Positions 1-10,111 of a stretch of 64,000 bases of DNA are shown here, piece after piece. A program made the position numbers and the translations under genes. The DNA is taken from positions 47,306 through 111,305 of the forward strand of contig CAWGDN010000007.1 of assembly GCA_963821375.1 (NCBI GenBank), in the 5' to 3' direction. The stretch is from Vicinamibacterales bacterium (lineage in GTDB: Bacteria; Acidobacteriota; Vicinamibacteria; Vicinamibacterales; JAMQPK01). Under the pieces are notes generated by a model. The model was given only the letters and a program-made list of their open reading frames with translations. It was not told the origin of the DNA and did no database searches. The stretch's first letter is position 1; every line of letters begins with the position of its first letter.

Positions 1-6
1 ATTCGT

Positions 7-1392
7 GTGAGCGAAGCGAAGTCGTTCAGCTGGACGTGCGGGGCATGCGGCCGGCAGGTGCCAGCTCGTGTCGACGCGTGCCGTTGCGGCGCCGCCCGTG
101 CAGACGCGACGCTGGTGATCTCTGACGTGCCGTTGGAGACCGATCGCCCTGCGCAAGGCCAATCACTGTTCCAGTGGGTCGTCCTTGGCGGTGTGGCCGT
201 GATTGCGGGGGGAGCGCTCGTCGCACTCCAGGTCATGCCAGTCAGATCGGCGACTCAGCCCGCCAAGTCCGCCGACAGCCTGACTGCGGCGTTGGAAAAC
301 AATCCCGCGGCATCCGCAGCTTCACCGTCCCCTGAGCCTTCACCGAGTGCGATTCCGGAGCCGCCGATCGTGTCGAGCCTTCCGAGCCCTGACCCGTCCA
401 GCGGTGCGGAGGCGACGGCCAGTCTCGAGGATGTCATCAGCCGTGCACTCCCGGCCATCGTCTCGATTGAAGCGGGCAGCGGCCGTGGCAGCGGCTTCTT
501 TGCTGCGCCGCAAGTGGTCGTCACCAACCGCCACGTCGTGCAGGGGAGTACCTCGGTGATCGTTCGATTGTCCTCGGGCCAGGCGGTGAATGGGCGCGTG
601 GAAGCGGACTCTCCAGAGTTCGACCTCGCAGTGGTGCGCGTCGATGCTGCGCCTCCCGACCACCGGGTTCTTCCTCTGGGCACCGTCAGCAGCGTGCGTC
701 CCGGCCAGGAAGTGATCGCGATCGGTCTGGCACTCGGGGTGTTCCAGAACAGCGTGACACGGGGGATCATCAGCGCCGTTCGCCGAACCGATCGCACGGT
801 GCTGCTCCAAACGGATGCCGCGATCAATCCGGGCAACAGCGGCGGTCCGCTGCTCAACCGCCGCGGCGAGGTAATCGGCATCAACACCATGAAGGCCGCT
901 GGCAACGCCGAAGCGCTGGGATTTGCGGTGGCAGTCGACCACGCCGCAGGAATGCTGTCTGGCGGACGTCAGCCGCAGCTCGCGATGAGCACGACCGCCC
1001 CCGTGAGTCCATCGCTCGCCCCTGGCTTCTCGAGCGGATCGTCGACCGACACCGCTCGCATCGAGAGCACCCGCCGATACGAGCAGATCGTGGAGAGCGC
1101 CGCGCGTGAAGCTTCGAAAGCAGACAGCTACTGGGACCGCATCAAGGCCAGCTGCGCCGTCCGCGCCTCCTCCGGCTACGACCGGGAGTGGTTCGCGCTC
1201 TGGGACGGCCGCGTGTCACTGCGAGACGGCAACCCCTCGTGCACCGCCGCGCTCAAGGAACTCGAGCAGTTCGCCACGCAGCTTCGCACGACGTTGGCCA
1301 ACGCCGAAGAAGATGCGCGGCGCGCGTCGGTGCTGCCCGGCGAGATGCGGGACATTCGGCGGCGGCACAGAATGGGCTCTGACGGACGATAG
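7..1392 (+). CDS. Membrane-anchored trypsin-like serine protease (S1C/HtrA-like) with N-terminal zinc-ribbon-like motif
   Basis: 461-aa ORF with GTG start. Has CGACGRQ..CRCG cysteine pairs, one TM helix (VVLGGVAVIAGGALVAL), a Pro/Ser-rich linker, then a chymotrypsin-fold core with TNRHVV, DLAVVRV and GNSGGPLL motifs. Confidence 0.8.
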   Translation: MSEAKSFSWTCGACGRQVPARVDACRCGAARADATLVISDVPLETDRPAQGQSLFQWVVLGGVAVIAGGALVALQVMPVRSATQPAKSADSLTAALENNPAASAASPSPEPSPSAIPEPPIVSSLPSPDPSSGAEATASLEDVISRALPAIVSIEAGSGRGSGFFAAPQVVVTNRHVVQGSTSVIVRLSSGQAVNGRVEADSPEFDLAVVRVDAAPPDHRVLPLGTVSSVRPGQEVIAIGLALGVFQNSVTRGIISAVRRTDRTVLLQTDAAINPGNSGGPLLNRRGEVIGINTMKAAGNAEALGFAVAVDHAAGMLSGGRQPQLAMSTTAPVSPSLAPGFSSGSSTDTARIESTRRYEQIVESAAREASKADSYWDRIKASCAVRASSGYDREWFALWDGRVSLRDGNPSCTAALKELEQFATQLRTTLANAEEDARRASVLPGEMRDIRRRHRMGSDGR

Positions 1393-1631
1393 ATCTGCCG
1401 CCGAGTCGTCAGTCCGCAGTCGTCAGTGATCAGTCCCAGTCATCAGTCTCAGTCTGTAGTCTCAGTCCATCGTCAGTCATCAGTCAGCAGTCGATAGTCT
1501 CGTCGGCTGTCGCCCAGCCCTGACGTGCGCCGACTGGCGACCATGACTGTCGACTGCTGACTTGGACTGACGACTGGACTGTTGACTGTGGACTCGGACT
1601 GATCCCTGACGACTGACGACTGTCGACTAGA
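1393..1631. repeat. Intergenic 7-nt-period repeat block: about 14 AGTC-containing units (1404-1503) facing about 14 GACT-containing units (1531-1628), forming an imperfect long inverted repeat
   Basis: Read directly. Successive AGTC starts are spaced mostly 7 nt (some 6), and the right half carries the reverse-complement word GACT at the same spacing. The central spacer is about 1504-1530. Confidence 0.85.
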
Positions 1632-2750
1632 ATGTCTTCCGTGCGCATTGGCATCGACGCCCGAAAGCTGCACGATTACGGCATCGGCACGTACATTCGG
1701 AATCTGCTCCGCGAGCTGGCCCTCATCGACCGGCAGACAGAGTACGTGCTCTTCACGAGACCGCAGGACGTCGACATCGCCGTCACGCTCGGCGAGAACT
1801 TTCGAACGGTGGCGGATCGATCGAGCGGGTACTCCATCCGCGAGCAGATTTCCATCCCGCTGGGCGTTCGGCGCGAACGGGTCGACCTCTTCCACTCGCC
1901 GCACTACGTGCTGCCCGTGCTGACGCCATCGAAGACGGTGGTCACGATTCACGACTGCATCCATCTTGTGTTTCCCGAATATCGCCAGCGAGCGCTCAGC
2001 GCCGCCTATGCCCGGGCGTCGCTGTTCGCTGCCGCGCGCAAGTCCGATCGCATCTTTACGGTCTCTGAGGCGTCGAAGCGCGACATCCTCAAGTTCGTCG
2101 ACGTTCCGCCTGAGAAGATCGTCGTCACTCCCAATGCCATCGACGACCAGTTCAACGAGCAGCCGAGCGAGCAGCACGTGAAGGAGACGCGCGAGCGCTA
2201 CCAGCTGAGCCACTCGTATCTGCTCTACGTCGGCAACATCAAGCCGCACAAGAATCTCGAGCGACTGATCGAGGCGTTTCACCTCGTGCAGCGGCAAGGG
2301 CGATTCGAGCTCGAGCTCCTCATCATCGGGGACGAGATCTCGAAGCTGCAGGCGCTGCGCCGCGCGGTGCACAAGTACGACATCCACCGCTTCGTGCGGT
2401 TTCTCGGGTACGTGCCGGACAGAACACTGGCGGTGCTCTACCGGCTGGCGGCGGTGTTTGTGTTCCCGTCGCTCTATGAGGGATTCGGCCTCCCGCCGCT
2501 CGAGGCGATGGCCAGCGGCACGCCCGTCGTCACATCCAACGTCTCGTCGCTGCCCGAAGTGGCTGGCGATGCGGCCGTCCTGGTGGATCCGTACAGCGCC
2601 GATTCGATTGCGGAGGGAATCCTGAGCGTGCTGCGCAGTCCCCACTTCCGCGACGAGCTGCGCGCACGCGGCCTCAAGCGTGTGCGCGAGTTTTCATGGG
2701 CACGCTCGGCGCAGCGCGTTCGCGAGGTCTACGGCGAGGTGCTCTCCTGA
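1632..2750 (+). CDS. Glycosyltransferase family 4
   Basis: 372-aa ORF with the GT4 C-terminal signature FPSLYEGFGLPPLEAMASGTPVV. Confidence 0.85.
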   Translation: MSSVRIGIDARKLHDYGIGTYIRNLLRELALIDRQTEYVLFTRPQDVDIAVTLGENFRTVADRSSGYSIREQISIPLGVRRERVDLFHSPHYVLPVLTPSKTVVTIHDCIHLVFPEYRQRALSAAYARASLFAAARKSDRIFTVSEASKRDILKFVDVPPEKIVVTPNAIDDQFNEQPSEQHVKETRERYQLSHSYLLYVGNIKPHKNLERLIEAFHLVQRQGRFELELLIIGDEISKLQALRRAVHKYDIHRFVRFLGYVPDRTLAVLYRLAAVFVFPSLYEGFGLPPLEAMASGTPVVTSNVSSLPEVAGDAAVLVDPYSADSIAEGILSVLRSPHFRDELRARGLKRVREFSWARSAQRVREVYGEVLS

Positions 2751-3859
2751 AAGTCGCGCTGGTCCACGATTGGCTCACCGGGATGCGCGGCGGCGAGAGG
2801 GTGCTCGAGCTGCTGTGTCGGGCGTTTCCCGATGCAGACCTGCTGACGCTCTTTCACGTCCCCGGCAGCGTGTCGCCGGACATCGAACGATTGCGGCCGC
2901 GGACGTCGCTGCTTCAGCATCTGCCGGGCGTGAAGCGGTTCTACCGCTATTGTCTGCCGCTGTTCCCAGCGCTCATCGAGCAGTTCGACCTCGACGACTA
3001 CGACCTCGTGATCAGCACGAGCCACTGTGCGGCCAAAGCCGTGATCAAGACCGGCCGGTCGCGCCACCTGTGTTACTGCTTCACACCGATGCGCTATGCC
3101 TGGGACCAGTACGACGCATACTTCGGGGAAGACCGGCTCGGGCGGTGGCGCTCCGGCGCGCTGCGGCCAGTCATGCGATCGCTGGCGCGCTGGGATGCCG
3201 CGACAGCCGGCCGCGTCGATCGCTATGTTGCTATTTCACAACACGTTGCCAGCAGGATCCGGCGGTACTATAATCGTGACGCTGTTGTCATCTATCCTCC
3301 GGTCGATACACAGTTTTACTACCCTGGCGAGGGCCTCGAACCGGGCCCCGAACGGGGATTCTTGCTGATTGTGTCTGCGCTCGTCCCCTACAAGCGCGTC
3401 GATCTCGCCATCGAGGCGAGCCGCCTCTCGGGCATGCCGCTGCGCATCATCGGCGATGGCCCCGAGCGCGAAGCGCTGACGCAGTTGGCGGCCGCCTCCG
3501 GTGCCGACGTCCGGCTCCTCGGCCCTCTGTCGGACATTGACGTGCGCGATCACTACCGCCGTGCCGCCCTTGTGCTCCTGCCCGGCGAAGAAGATTTCGG
3601 GATTGTCCCTGTCGAAGCCCAGGCGTGCGGTTGTCCCGTCGTCGCCCTGGGGCGAGGCGGCGCCCTCGAGACTGTCGTGGACGGCGTGACGGGCATCCTC
3701 GTTGCACAGCCGACCGCTGCCGATCTGGCGGCTGGCATCGCGCGCGCGATCGCGACCACGTTTGACGCCGGTGCCATCCGGCAGCATGCGCTCAGATTCG
3801 ACAGCGCGGTGTTCGAGCGGTCAGTGCGCGCGGAAATCGAGTCGCTCGTCCATGCTTAG
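2696..3859 (+). CDS. Glycosyltransferase family 4 (start uncertain)
   Basis: KVALVHDWLTGMRGGERV N-terminus and LLPGEEDFGIVPVEAQACGCPVV C-terminal motif. ATG 2696 overlaps the upstream gene by 55 nt. A CTG at 2747 (CTGA overlap with the upstream stop) would give the usual N-terminus. Confidence 0.75.
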   Translation: MGTLGAARSRGLRRGALLKVALVHDWLTGMRGGERVLELLCRAFPDADLLTLFHVPGSVSPDIERLRPRTSLLQHLPGVKRFYRYCLPLFPALIEQFDLDDYDLVISTSHCAAKAVIKTGRSRHLCYCFTPMRYAWDQYDAYFGEDRLGRWRSGALRPVMRSLARWDAATAGRVDRYVAISQHVASRIRRYYNRDAVVIYPPVDTQFYYPGEGLEPGPERGFLLIVSALVPYKRVDLAIEASRLSGMPLRIIGDGPEREALTQLAAASGADVRLLGPLSDIDVRDHYRRAALVLLPGEEDFGIVPVEAQACGCPVVALGRGGALETVVDGVTGILVAQPTAADLAAGIARAIATTFDAGAIRQHALRFDSAVFERSVRAEIESLVHA

Positions 3860-5288
3860 GCGATACGGACGGCTGCTGGTGGTGTTCCACGTCGTGTCCG
3901 ACGCCGTACTTGCGGTGGTCGCGTTCGGTGTGGCCTATCTGTTCCGGTTCTCGCTCGGCGTCATCCCGGTTACGCGCGGCTATCCTCCATTCGAGCAGTA
4001 CGTCGCAGTGATGCCGTTCGTGGCAATCCTCGTGCCGCTCGCGTACCAGTTTCAAGGCGTCTATCAGCTGCGGCGAGGGCGGTCGCGCGTCGACGATTTC
4101 TTCGTCCTCTTCATCGGCACCGTCGTCGCCGTGGTACTGGGCGTGGTGACGACGCTGTACTTCGGGGCGTATCACGCCGCACCAGACCTTCGAGCGCGGG
4201 GCGCCTACGAAGTGTCGCGCATCGTCTGGGCGCTGTTCCTCGTGTTCAACGTCATGCTCACGTTTGCGCTGCGCGAGCTCGTTCGCGAGTTACTCGAGCG
4301 GCGCTGGAAGGCGGGCATCGGCCTCAAGCGCATCCTCATCGCCGGCGCGGGCGAGCTTGGCCGCCTGGTCGCCGAGAAGATCCTGCAACACCGCGAGCTT
4401 GGCTATCAGATTGTCGGCTTCGTGGACGACCGGGCCGGCGGCGACCATCTTGGCTACCGAGGGCTTCCGCTGCTGGGCACGCTCAACGACGCACCCGAGA
4501 TCGTGAGGCAGGAAAACATCGATCACCTCTATGTCGCGCTGCCGCTCGACGAGCACGTCAAGATGCTCGACCTGATCGAGAACACGAGCCGCGAGATGGT
4601 CGATGTGAAGGTCGTGCCAGACCTCGTGCAGTTCCTCGCCCTTCGGGCGCGCCTCGAAGATCTGGACGGCGTCCCGATCATCAATATCCACGACGTCCCG
4701 CTGCAGGGGATCAACTCGGCGATCAAGCGGCTCATCGATCTCGCCTTCAGCGGCATCGCCTCGCTGGTGCTGCTGCTGCCGTGCTCGATCGTCGCGTTGG
4801 TGATCAAGTGGACCTCGCCCGGGCCGGTGTTTTACGGACAAGAGCGTATGGGACTCGACGGGCGGCCGTTCTGGGTCTACAAGTTCCGCTCGATGCACGC
4901 GGGCGCCGAGGACGGCACCGGCCCGATTTGGGCCAGAGACGATGACCCCCGCTGCACGGCAGTCGGCCGGTTTTTGCGGCGGTGGGATCTCGACGAACTG
5001 CCGCAGATCTGGAATGTGCTCAAAGGCGATATGTCGATTGTCGGACCTCGGCCCGAACGGCCGTTCTTTGTCGACCAGTTCAAGCACCACTTCCCGCAGT
5101 ACATGCTTCGCCACAAGGTGAAGGCGGGCATCACCGGCTGGGCGCAAGTCAACGGCTGGCGCGGCAATACCTCGCTCGAGAAGCGGATCGAGTTCGATCT
5201 CTACTACATCGAAAACTGGTCGGTCTCGCTCGATCTCAAAATCATGTTCATGACCCTGTTCCGGGGCGTACTCCAGAGGCAGACCTAA
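3852..5288 (+). CDS. Polyprenyl glycosylphosphotransferase (WbaP/EPS-initiating sugar transferase family)
   Basis: ATG 3852 overlaps the upstream stop. Has N-terminal TM helices, a GAGELG Rossmann-like segment and a C-terminal bacterial sugar transferase domain ([27 protein letters not shown]). Confidence 0.85.
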   Translation: MLRRYGRLLVVFHVVSDAVLAVVAFGVAYLFRFSLGVIPVTRGYPPFEQYVAVMPFVAILVPLAYQFQGVYQLRRGRSRVDDFFVLFIGTVVAVVLGVVTTLYFGAYHAAPDLRARGAYEVSRIVWALFLVFNVMLTFALRELVRELLERRWKAGIGLKRILIAGAGELGRLVAEKILQHRELGYQIVGFVDDRAGGDHLGYRGLPLLGTLNDAPEIVRQENIDHLYVALPLDEHVKMLDLIENTSREMVDVKVVPDLVQFLALRARLEDLDGVPIINIHDVPLQGINSAIKRLIDLAFSGIASLVLLLPCSIVALVIKWTSPGPVFYGQERMGLDGRPFWVYKFRSMHAGAEDGTGPIWARDDDPRCTAVGRFLRRWDLDELPQIWNVLKGDMSIVGPRPERPFFVDQFKHHFPQYMLRHKVKAGITGWAQVNGWRGNTSLEKRIEFDLYYIENWSVSLDLKIMFMTLFRGVLQRQT

Positions 5289-6229
5289 TGGCTCGTCGTA
5301 TTGTCATTACGGGTGCGGCCGGATTCATCGGCTCCCACCTGGCCGAAGCGTTGCTCGATCGCGGTTGTTCGGTCGTCGGCATCGACAACCTGCTCACCGG
5401 CGATCTCGCCAACATCTCACACCTGGCCGGACGCGACTTCGTGTTCGTCAAGCACGACGTCACCAACTACATCAACGTCGACGGGCCGGTCGACGTGGTG
5501 CTGCACTGGGCCAGTCCGGCGAGCCCGATCGACTACCTCGAGCTGCCCATTCCGACGCTGAAGGTCGGCGCGCTCGGCACGCACAAGGCGCTCGGGCTGG
5601 CGAAGGCGAAGGGGGCGCGGTTCGTCATTGCCTCGACGTCAGAGGTATATGGCGACCCGTTGGAGCATCCGCAGAAGGAGACCTACTGGGGCAACGTCAA
5701 CCCCATCGGTCCCCGCGGCGTGTACGACGAGGCCAAGCGGTTCGCCGAGGCGATGACCATGGCGTACCACCGCTATCACGGCGTCGACACGAAAATCGTG
5801 AGAATTTTCAACACCTACGGCCCCCGCATGCGCATCAAGGACGGGCGCGCCGTTCCCGCGTTCATTTCGCAGGCCCTGCTCAACGAAGACGTCACCGTGT
5901 TCGGCGACGGCAAGCAGACGCGCAGCTTCTGCTATGTCGACGACCTCGTGCGCGGCATCCTGTTGCTGATGGACTCCGATGTCAACGACCCGGTGAACAT
6001 CGGCAACCCTCACGAGATGACGATCGAGGGCATCGCGCGGACGATCATTCAAATGACCGGCTCCAAGAGCCGGGTCATCTACCAGCCCCTGCCGGAGGAC
6101 GATCCCAAGGTGCGGCAGCCCGACATCACGCGGGCGCGCACGCTGCTGAAATGGGAGCCTCAGGTGAAGCTCGAACAGGGCCTGGTGAAAACGATCGACT
6201 ACTTTAGGAAGAAAATGAACGTTGCTTAG
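5288..6229 (+). CDS. UDP-glucuronate decarboxylase / UDP-xylose synthase (SDR family)
   Basis: TAATG overlap with the upstream gene. Has [10 protein letters not shown] Rossmann motif and YDEAKR (YxxxK), and overall UXS-like sequence (SEVYGDP...HPQ.E.YWG.VNPIG). Confidence 0.85.
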   Translation: MARRIVITGAAGFIGSHLAEALLDRGCSVVGIDNLLTGDLANISHLAGRDFVFVKHDVTNYINVDGPVDVVLHWASPASPIDYLELPIPTLKVGALGTHKALGLAKAKGARFVIASTSEVYGDPLEHPQKETYWGNVNPIGPRGVYDEAKRFAEAMTMAYHRYHGVDTKIVRIFNTYGPRMRIKDGRAVPAFISQALLNEDVTVFGDGKQTRSFCYVDDLVRGILLLMDSDVNDPVNIGNPHEMTIEGIARTIIQMTGSKSRVIYQPLPEDDPKVRQPDITRARTLLKWEPQVKLEQGLVKTIDYFRKKMNVA

Positions 6230-6234
6230 CGGGC

Positions 6235-6804
6235 CTAGCCGGCGCGGCTGCTGTTTTGGTTCACGATCTTCGTGATGTGAAAGGCGTAGTGGAAGCCCGA
6301 CACGAGCGTGATCACGGCTGACGCGTAGATGCTGATCGTGACGAGCGGCGAGGTCGTCCTCAGGTAGTTGAAGTACATCATGATGACGCAGGTCAACACA
6401 TACGTGGCCGTCGCCATCTTGCCGTAGATCGAGGGCCTGAACTCTCGCCGGCCGACGGCGAGGTTGATGATGGCCACAGTCGCGACGATCAGCACATCGC
6501 GCGAGACCACGAGGATCGTGAGCCAGACCGGCAGCGTGTTCACCAGGCCAAGGCCTGGCAGCGTGAGCACGCCGACCGTCGCCACAATCAGCAGCTTGTC
6601 AGCCATCGGATCGAGCCACGCGCCAAGGTCGGTACGGGGGCCGAACGTGCGCGCGATCAGCCCGTCGAACAAATCGGTGAGCCCGGCCACACCGAAGACA
6701 ATCAGCGCCCAACCCGTGTGGCCGTAGACCGTCAGAATCACGAAGGCGGGCGTGAGCAGCACCCTCGTGAGGGTGAGCTGATTGGCCGCCGTCAGCATGC
6801 TCAT
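6235..6804 (-). CDS. CDP-alcohol phosphatidyltransferase (PgsA-like)
   Basis: 189-aa polytopic protein with a complete D-x2-DG-x2-AR-x8-G-x3-D-x3-D motif (DLFDGLIARTFGPRTDLGAWLDPMAD). Confidence 0.8.
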   Translation of the reverse strand: MSMLTAANQLTLTRVLLTPAFVILTVYGHTGWALIVFGVAGLTDLFDGLIARTFGPRTDLGAWLDPMADKLLIVATVGVLTLPGLGLVNTLPVWLTILVVSRDVLIVATVAIINLAVGRREFRPSIYGKMATATYVLTCVIMMYFNYLRTTSPLVTISIYASAVITLVSGFHYAFHITKIVNQNSSRAG

Positions 6805-8191
6805 CGCGTCGAGTTGGTGAGGCGCTCGATCCGCGAGATCGCGTCGATGGCTTCCGCGCCGGTGACGCTACGGGAGAGCTCGAACATTCCTCTATCGTTC
6901 AGCGGCAGAATTCCGGCTGCCACCGACAACGAGACATCGGCGTAGTGCAGATTGCTGACACCGACGTCGGCCATCTTCTGCTGCCGGCTCTGCCAATCCT
7001 TGAGCATCGCAGGCCGATCGGCAGTCACGATCTTCAACAGCCGGCTCACCGCCTGTGCGAGATCGCTGCGTCGGATCTCGCTGGCCGGCTGAAACGTGTG
7101 GTTCTCGTAGGGCTCCATCACGCCGGCGGTCGCCGTCGCCATGACCCACATCGCCGCCCAGTGATTGCGGGCATCGGTAATCACCACGGCGCGAATCGGC
7201 GCCGCCTCGAGCTGTGGCGCGAGCCGTAAGCCAATGAGCGACGCCAGATCGCCGCGCGTGATCGCCGCCGAGCCGGGAATGGCGCGGTACTCGCTGGGCA
7301 GCCGCAAATACGCCAATCGCGCCTCGAGCGCCGAGATCCGCCGGCGAAGATCGGCGCTCGGTTCGAGGTCGTTGGCCTCGGTGAAGAGCTTCATCGCCCC
7401 TTCCAGATCGCCGCGCGCGTCCAGAATCTCTCCGGCGCGGACGCGTGACGACGCGTCGGCGGGATCCAGCTCGATGGCGCGCCGGTATCGAGCGAGCGCC
7501 TGGTCGGTCTTGCCCTGCTTGGCCTCGATCTCAGCCAGATCTCGGACAAGGAAAGCGCTGTCGGGCGACGCGGCAATCGCCTTTTCGTAGAGCGCCGCGG
7601 CTTCGTCGAGGCGATTGCCTTGCGCGGCCTGGCGGGCCGCAGCCACGGTCGCCTGCGCAGCCCGGGCTCGCAGCACTTCCACGCGCCGTGCCATCTCCAC
7701 CAGCGTGGGATCGGCCGCGACCGCCGCCTCGAACGCGGTCAGCGCCTCGGCGTCGCGCGACTGCGCCAGCAGCGCTTCGCCCCGTCCGACCAGCGCGGGC
7801 ACGTACTGCGCACGCGATTGAAGCACTCGATCGAAGCGCTCCAGCGCCGCCGCGTAGCTCCGCGCGGCAAGCTGGACGTATCCCAAGCGCCGCCTCACTC
7901 GGATAAAACCCCGGCGAGCGCTTGAGCACCGCCTGAAAGCCCTGCTCGGCGCGCGCGAGATCGCCCCCCTGCAGCCAGCGCCACGCGAGCTCGTGCTGCC
8001 GAACGAGCTGTTCCTGTCTCGGATCGGGTGGCGTCAACGTCGGGCAGGATGTAATCCGGGATACTGCGGCGTGGTCGACCACCGGTGGCGTCGCTGTACG
8101 GCAGCCCGCCGACGAAGACGCCCGCAATCAGCCACAGTCCGATCGCGAATCGCGACCAGTGCCGGGCCGGGCGAATCGCCTGCCTGCTCAT
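6801..8191 (-). CDS. TPR-repeat protein with N-terminal membrane anchor and C-terminal SLH-like repeats (needs 2 frame changes)
   Basis: Three pieces in three frames join colinearly: 7895-8191 is the anchor, part of 7531-8127 is the first TPRs, and 6801-7898 is the rest. The start makes an ATGA overlap with the hflX stop. Confidence 0.6.
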
Positions 8192-9476
8192 CGCGCTCCG
8201 GCCGATCTCACGCGCTCGAGAACGCGGCGCGGCACGTCGGCTTCGATAGCCACGTGCGCGCCGGTCGTCACGTGGCTGATGGACGCGGGCGTGACGGTAG
8301 ACACGCGCAATGGTCTCGCGATCTTCCGCGCGCTCCGTGTCGAATTCGAGCGGTCACGCGCCGCACGTCGAGCTCCAGCTTCTCGGTCATCACGTCGATC
8401 AGGCGCTGTCGGCCCGCGTCGTCCGCGCCTTCGAGGGCCGAAATGCACAGCGCCTCAGGATGCGAGCGTCGAAGCGCGCTCAGCTTCGGCCTTGTTCGAT
8501 CAGGTCGCATTTGTTAAAGACGTCCACTGCGGGCACATCTGGCGGCCCCGACTTCCTCCAGCACCCGCCGTACGGCCTCGACGTGCCGCTCGCGCTCGGG
8601 GCTGGCCGCGTCGATCACATGCAGCACGAGATCGGCCTCTGCCACCTGCTCGAGCGTGGCGCGAAACGCCGCCACGAGCGCGTGCGGCAGCCGATCGATG
8701 AATCCGACCGTGTCCGACATCAGCAGCTGCCGGTTGTCGGGCAGGCTCACCTGCCGCACGAGCGGATCCAGCGTGACGAACAGCGCGTCGGACGCCTCGG
8801 CCGACGATCCTCGCGTGAGCAGGTTGAATAGCGTCGACTTGCCCGCGTTGGTGTATCCCACGAGCGCGACGAGCGGCACCGACGCCTTGCGTCGCCTGCG
8901 CTCCGCGAGTGCCGGCGCCGCTTCCGGATCGAATCGATCTCCTGCGCGATGGCGTGGATCTTCTGTCGTATACGCCGGCGATCGGTTTCGAGTTTCGTCT
9001 CGCCAGGGCCCCGCGTGCCGATGCCGCCGCCAAGCCTCGAGAGCGCGGCGCCGCTGCCGGCGAGCCGCGGCAACAGGTACTTGAGCTGCGCGAGTTCGAC
9101 CTGCCACTTGCCTTCGCGCGTCCGCGCGCGCCGGGCGAAAATATCGAGAATCAGCTGCGTCCGATCGATGACCTTGCGATCGGTGCGCTCTTCGATGTGC
9201 CTGACCTGGGCGGGCGTCAGCTCGCTGTCGACAATCACCACGTCGACCGCGTGGCGCGCGCATTCGGCTGCGAGCTCGTCGAGCTTGCCTCGGCCGACGA
9301 ACGTCGCCGGATCCGGAGCGGGCCGCTCCTGAATCACTCGCAGCACGACAACGGCACCGGCCGCATCGGCGAGGCCAGCGAGCTCATCGAGCGAACGGTC
9401 CGCGTCCATGCCGCAGTGATCGCCGAAGTGCGAGACCGACGAGCGCCGCGCGCTCGCGGGGTTGGCGTGACGGCAT
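8188..9476 (-). CDS. hflX: GTPase HflX (needs at least 4 frame changes)
   Basis: The N-terminus MPSRQPRERAALVG sits in the tail of ORF 9384-9914. The N-domain is in ORF 8747-9409. The G domain (VGYTNAGKSTLFN, DTVGFI) is in ORF 8514-9263. The C-terminal part is split over 8268-8510 and 8188-8448. Confidence 0.8.
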
Positions 9477-10099
9477 TATTCCGACGAAAATTCTAGCACG
9501 CGCTCCCACGCGATCGCGCCCGCGCGAACCAGCACGGGTACCTCGTCCGGTCGCGTCGACGATCGTTGATGGCGCACCGCCGGACGTCGGTCCGGCATCG
9601 ATCAGCACATCAAGCAGATCGCCGAGCGTTGCAACCACGACATCGGCCGTGGACGCTGGCGGTTCGCCGGAGATGTTGGCGCTCGTCGACGTGATGGCAT
9701 GACCTGCGCGCCGCGGCCAGCGCGCGCGACACGGCGTGCCCCGGCACTCGCACGGCGACCTTGCCGGTCGACAGATGGACGTCGCGTCGCACAAGCGCGA
9801 CGAGGCGGGAATGATCAGCGTGAGCGGCCCGGGCCAGCCGCGCAACGCCAGGCGCCGCGCCAGCGGCGTCATCGTCCCGACATTGATCGGCAACCTGTTC
9901 GATGCTCGCGGCAATCAGCGGCAGCGCCTGATCGGGCGGCCGCCGCTTGATCGCGAACGACCTTCCTGACGGCGGTCGACGATCGCGGATCGACCGCGAG
10001 CCCGTAGAACGTTTCTGTCGGATACCCCACGACTCCGCCGGCCGCGATCGCGCCGACAGCAGGGCCGAGATCCGGTTCAGCGATCGCGGATCGCGCTCA
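9476..10099 (-). CDS. tsaC: L-threonylcarbamoyladenylate synthase (TsaC/YrdC/Sua5 family; needs at least 3 frame changes)
   Basis: My re-translation gives GGVVGYPTETFYGLAVDP, KRRPPDQALPLI, PGPLTLI, VAVRVPGH and TSANISGEPP motifs spread over three frames. The stop makes a TAATG overlap with the hflX start. The GTG start at 10099 is tentative. Confidence 0.7.
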
Positions 10100-10111
10100 C
10101 CTTGATGCGAA

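Noticed and set aside
8500-9263. Arg-rich ORFs overlapping hflX (8500-9033, and the N-terminal 150 aa of 8514-9263) as separate genes
   Set aside because: They are out-of-frame readings of hflX. Only the segments carrying HflX motifs are meaningful.
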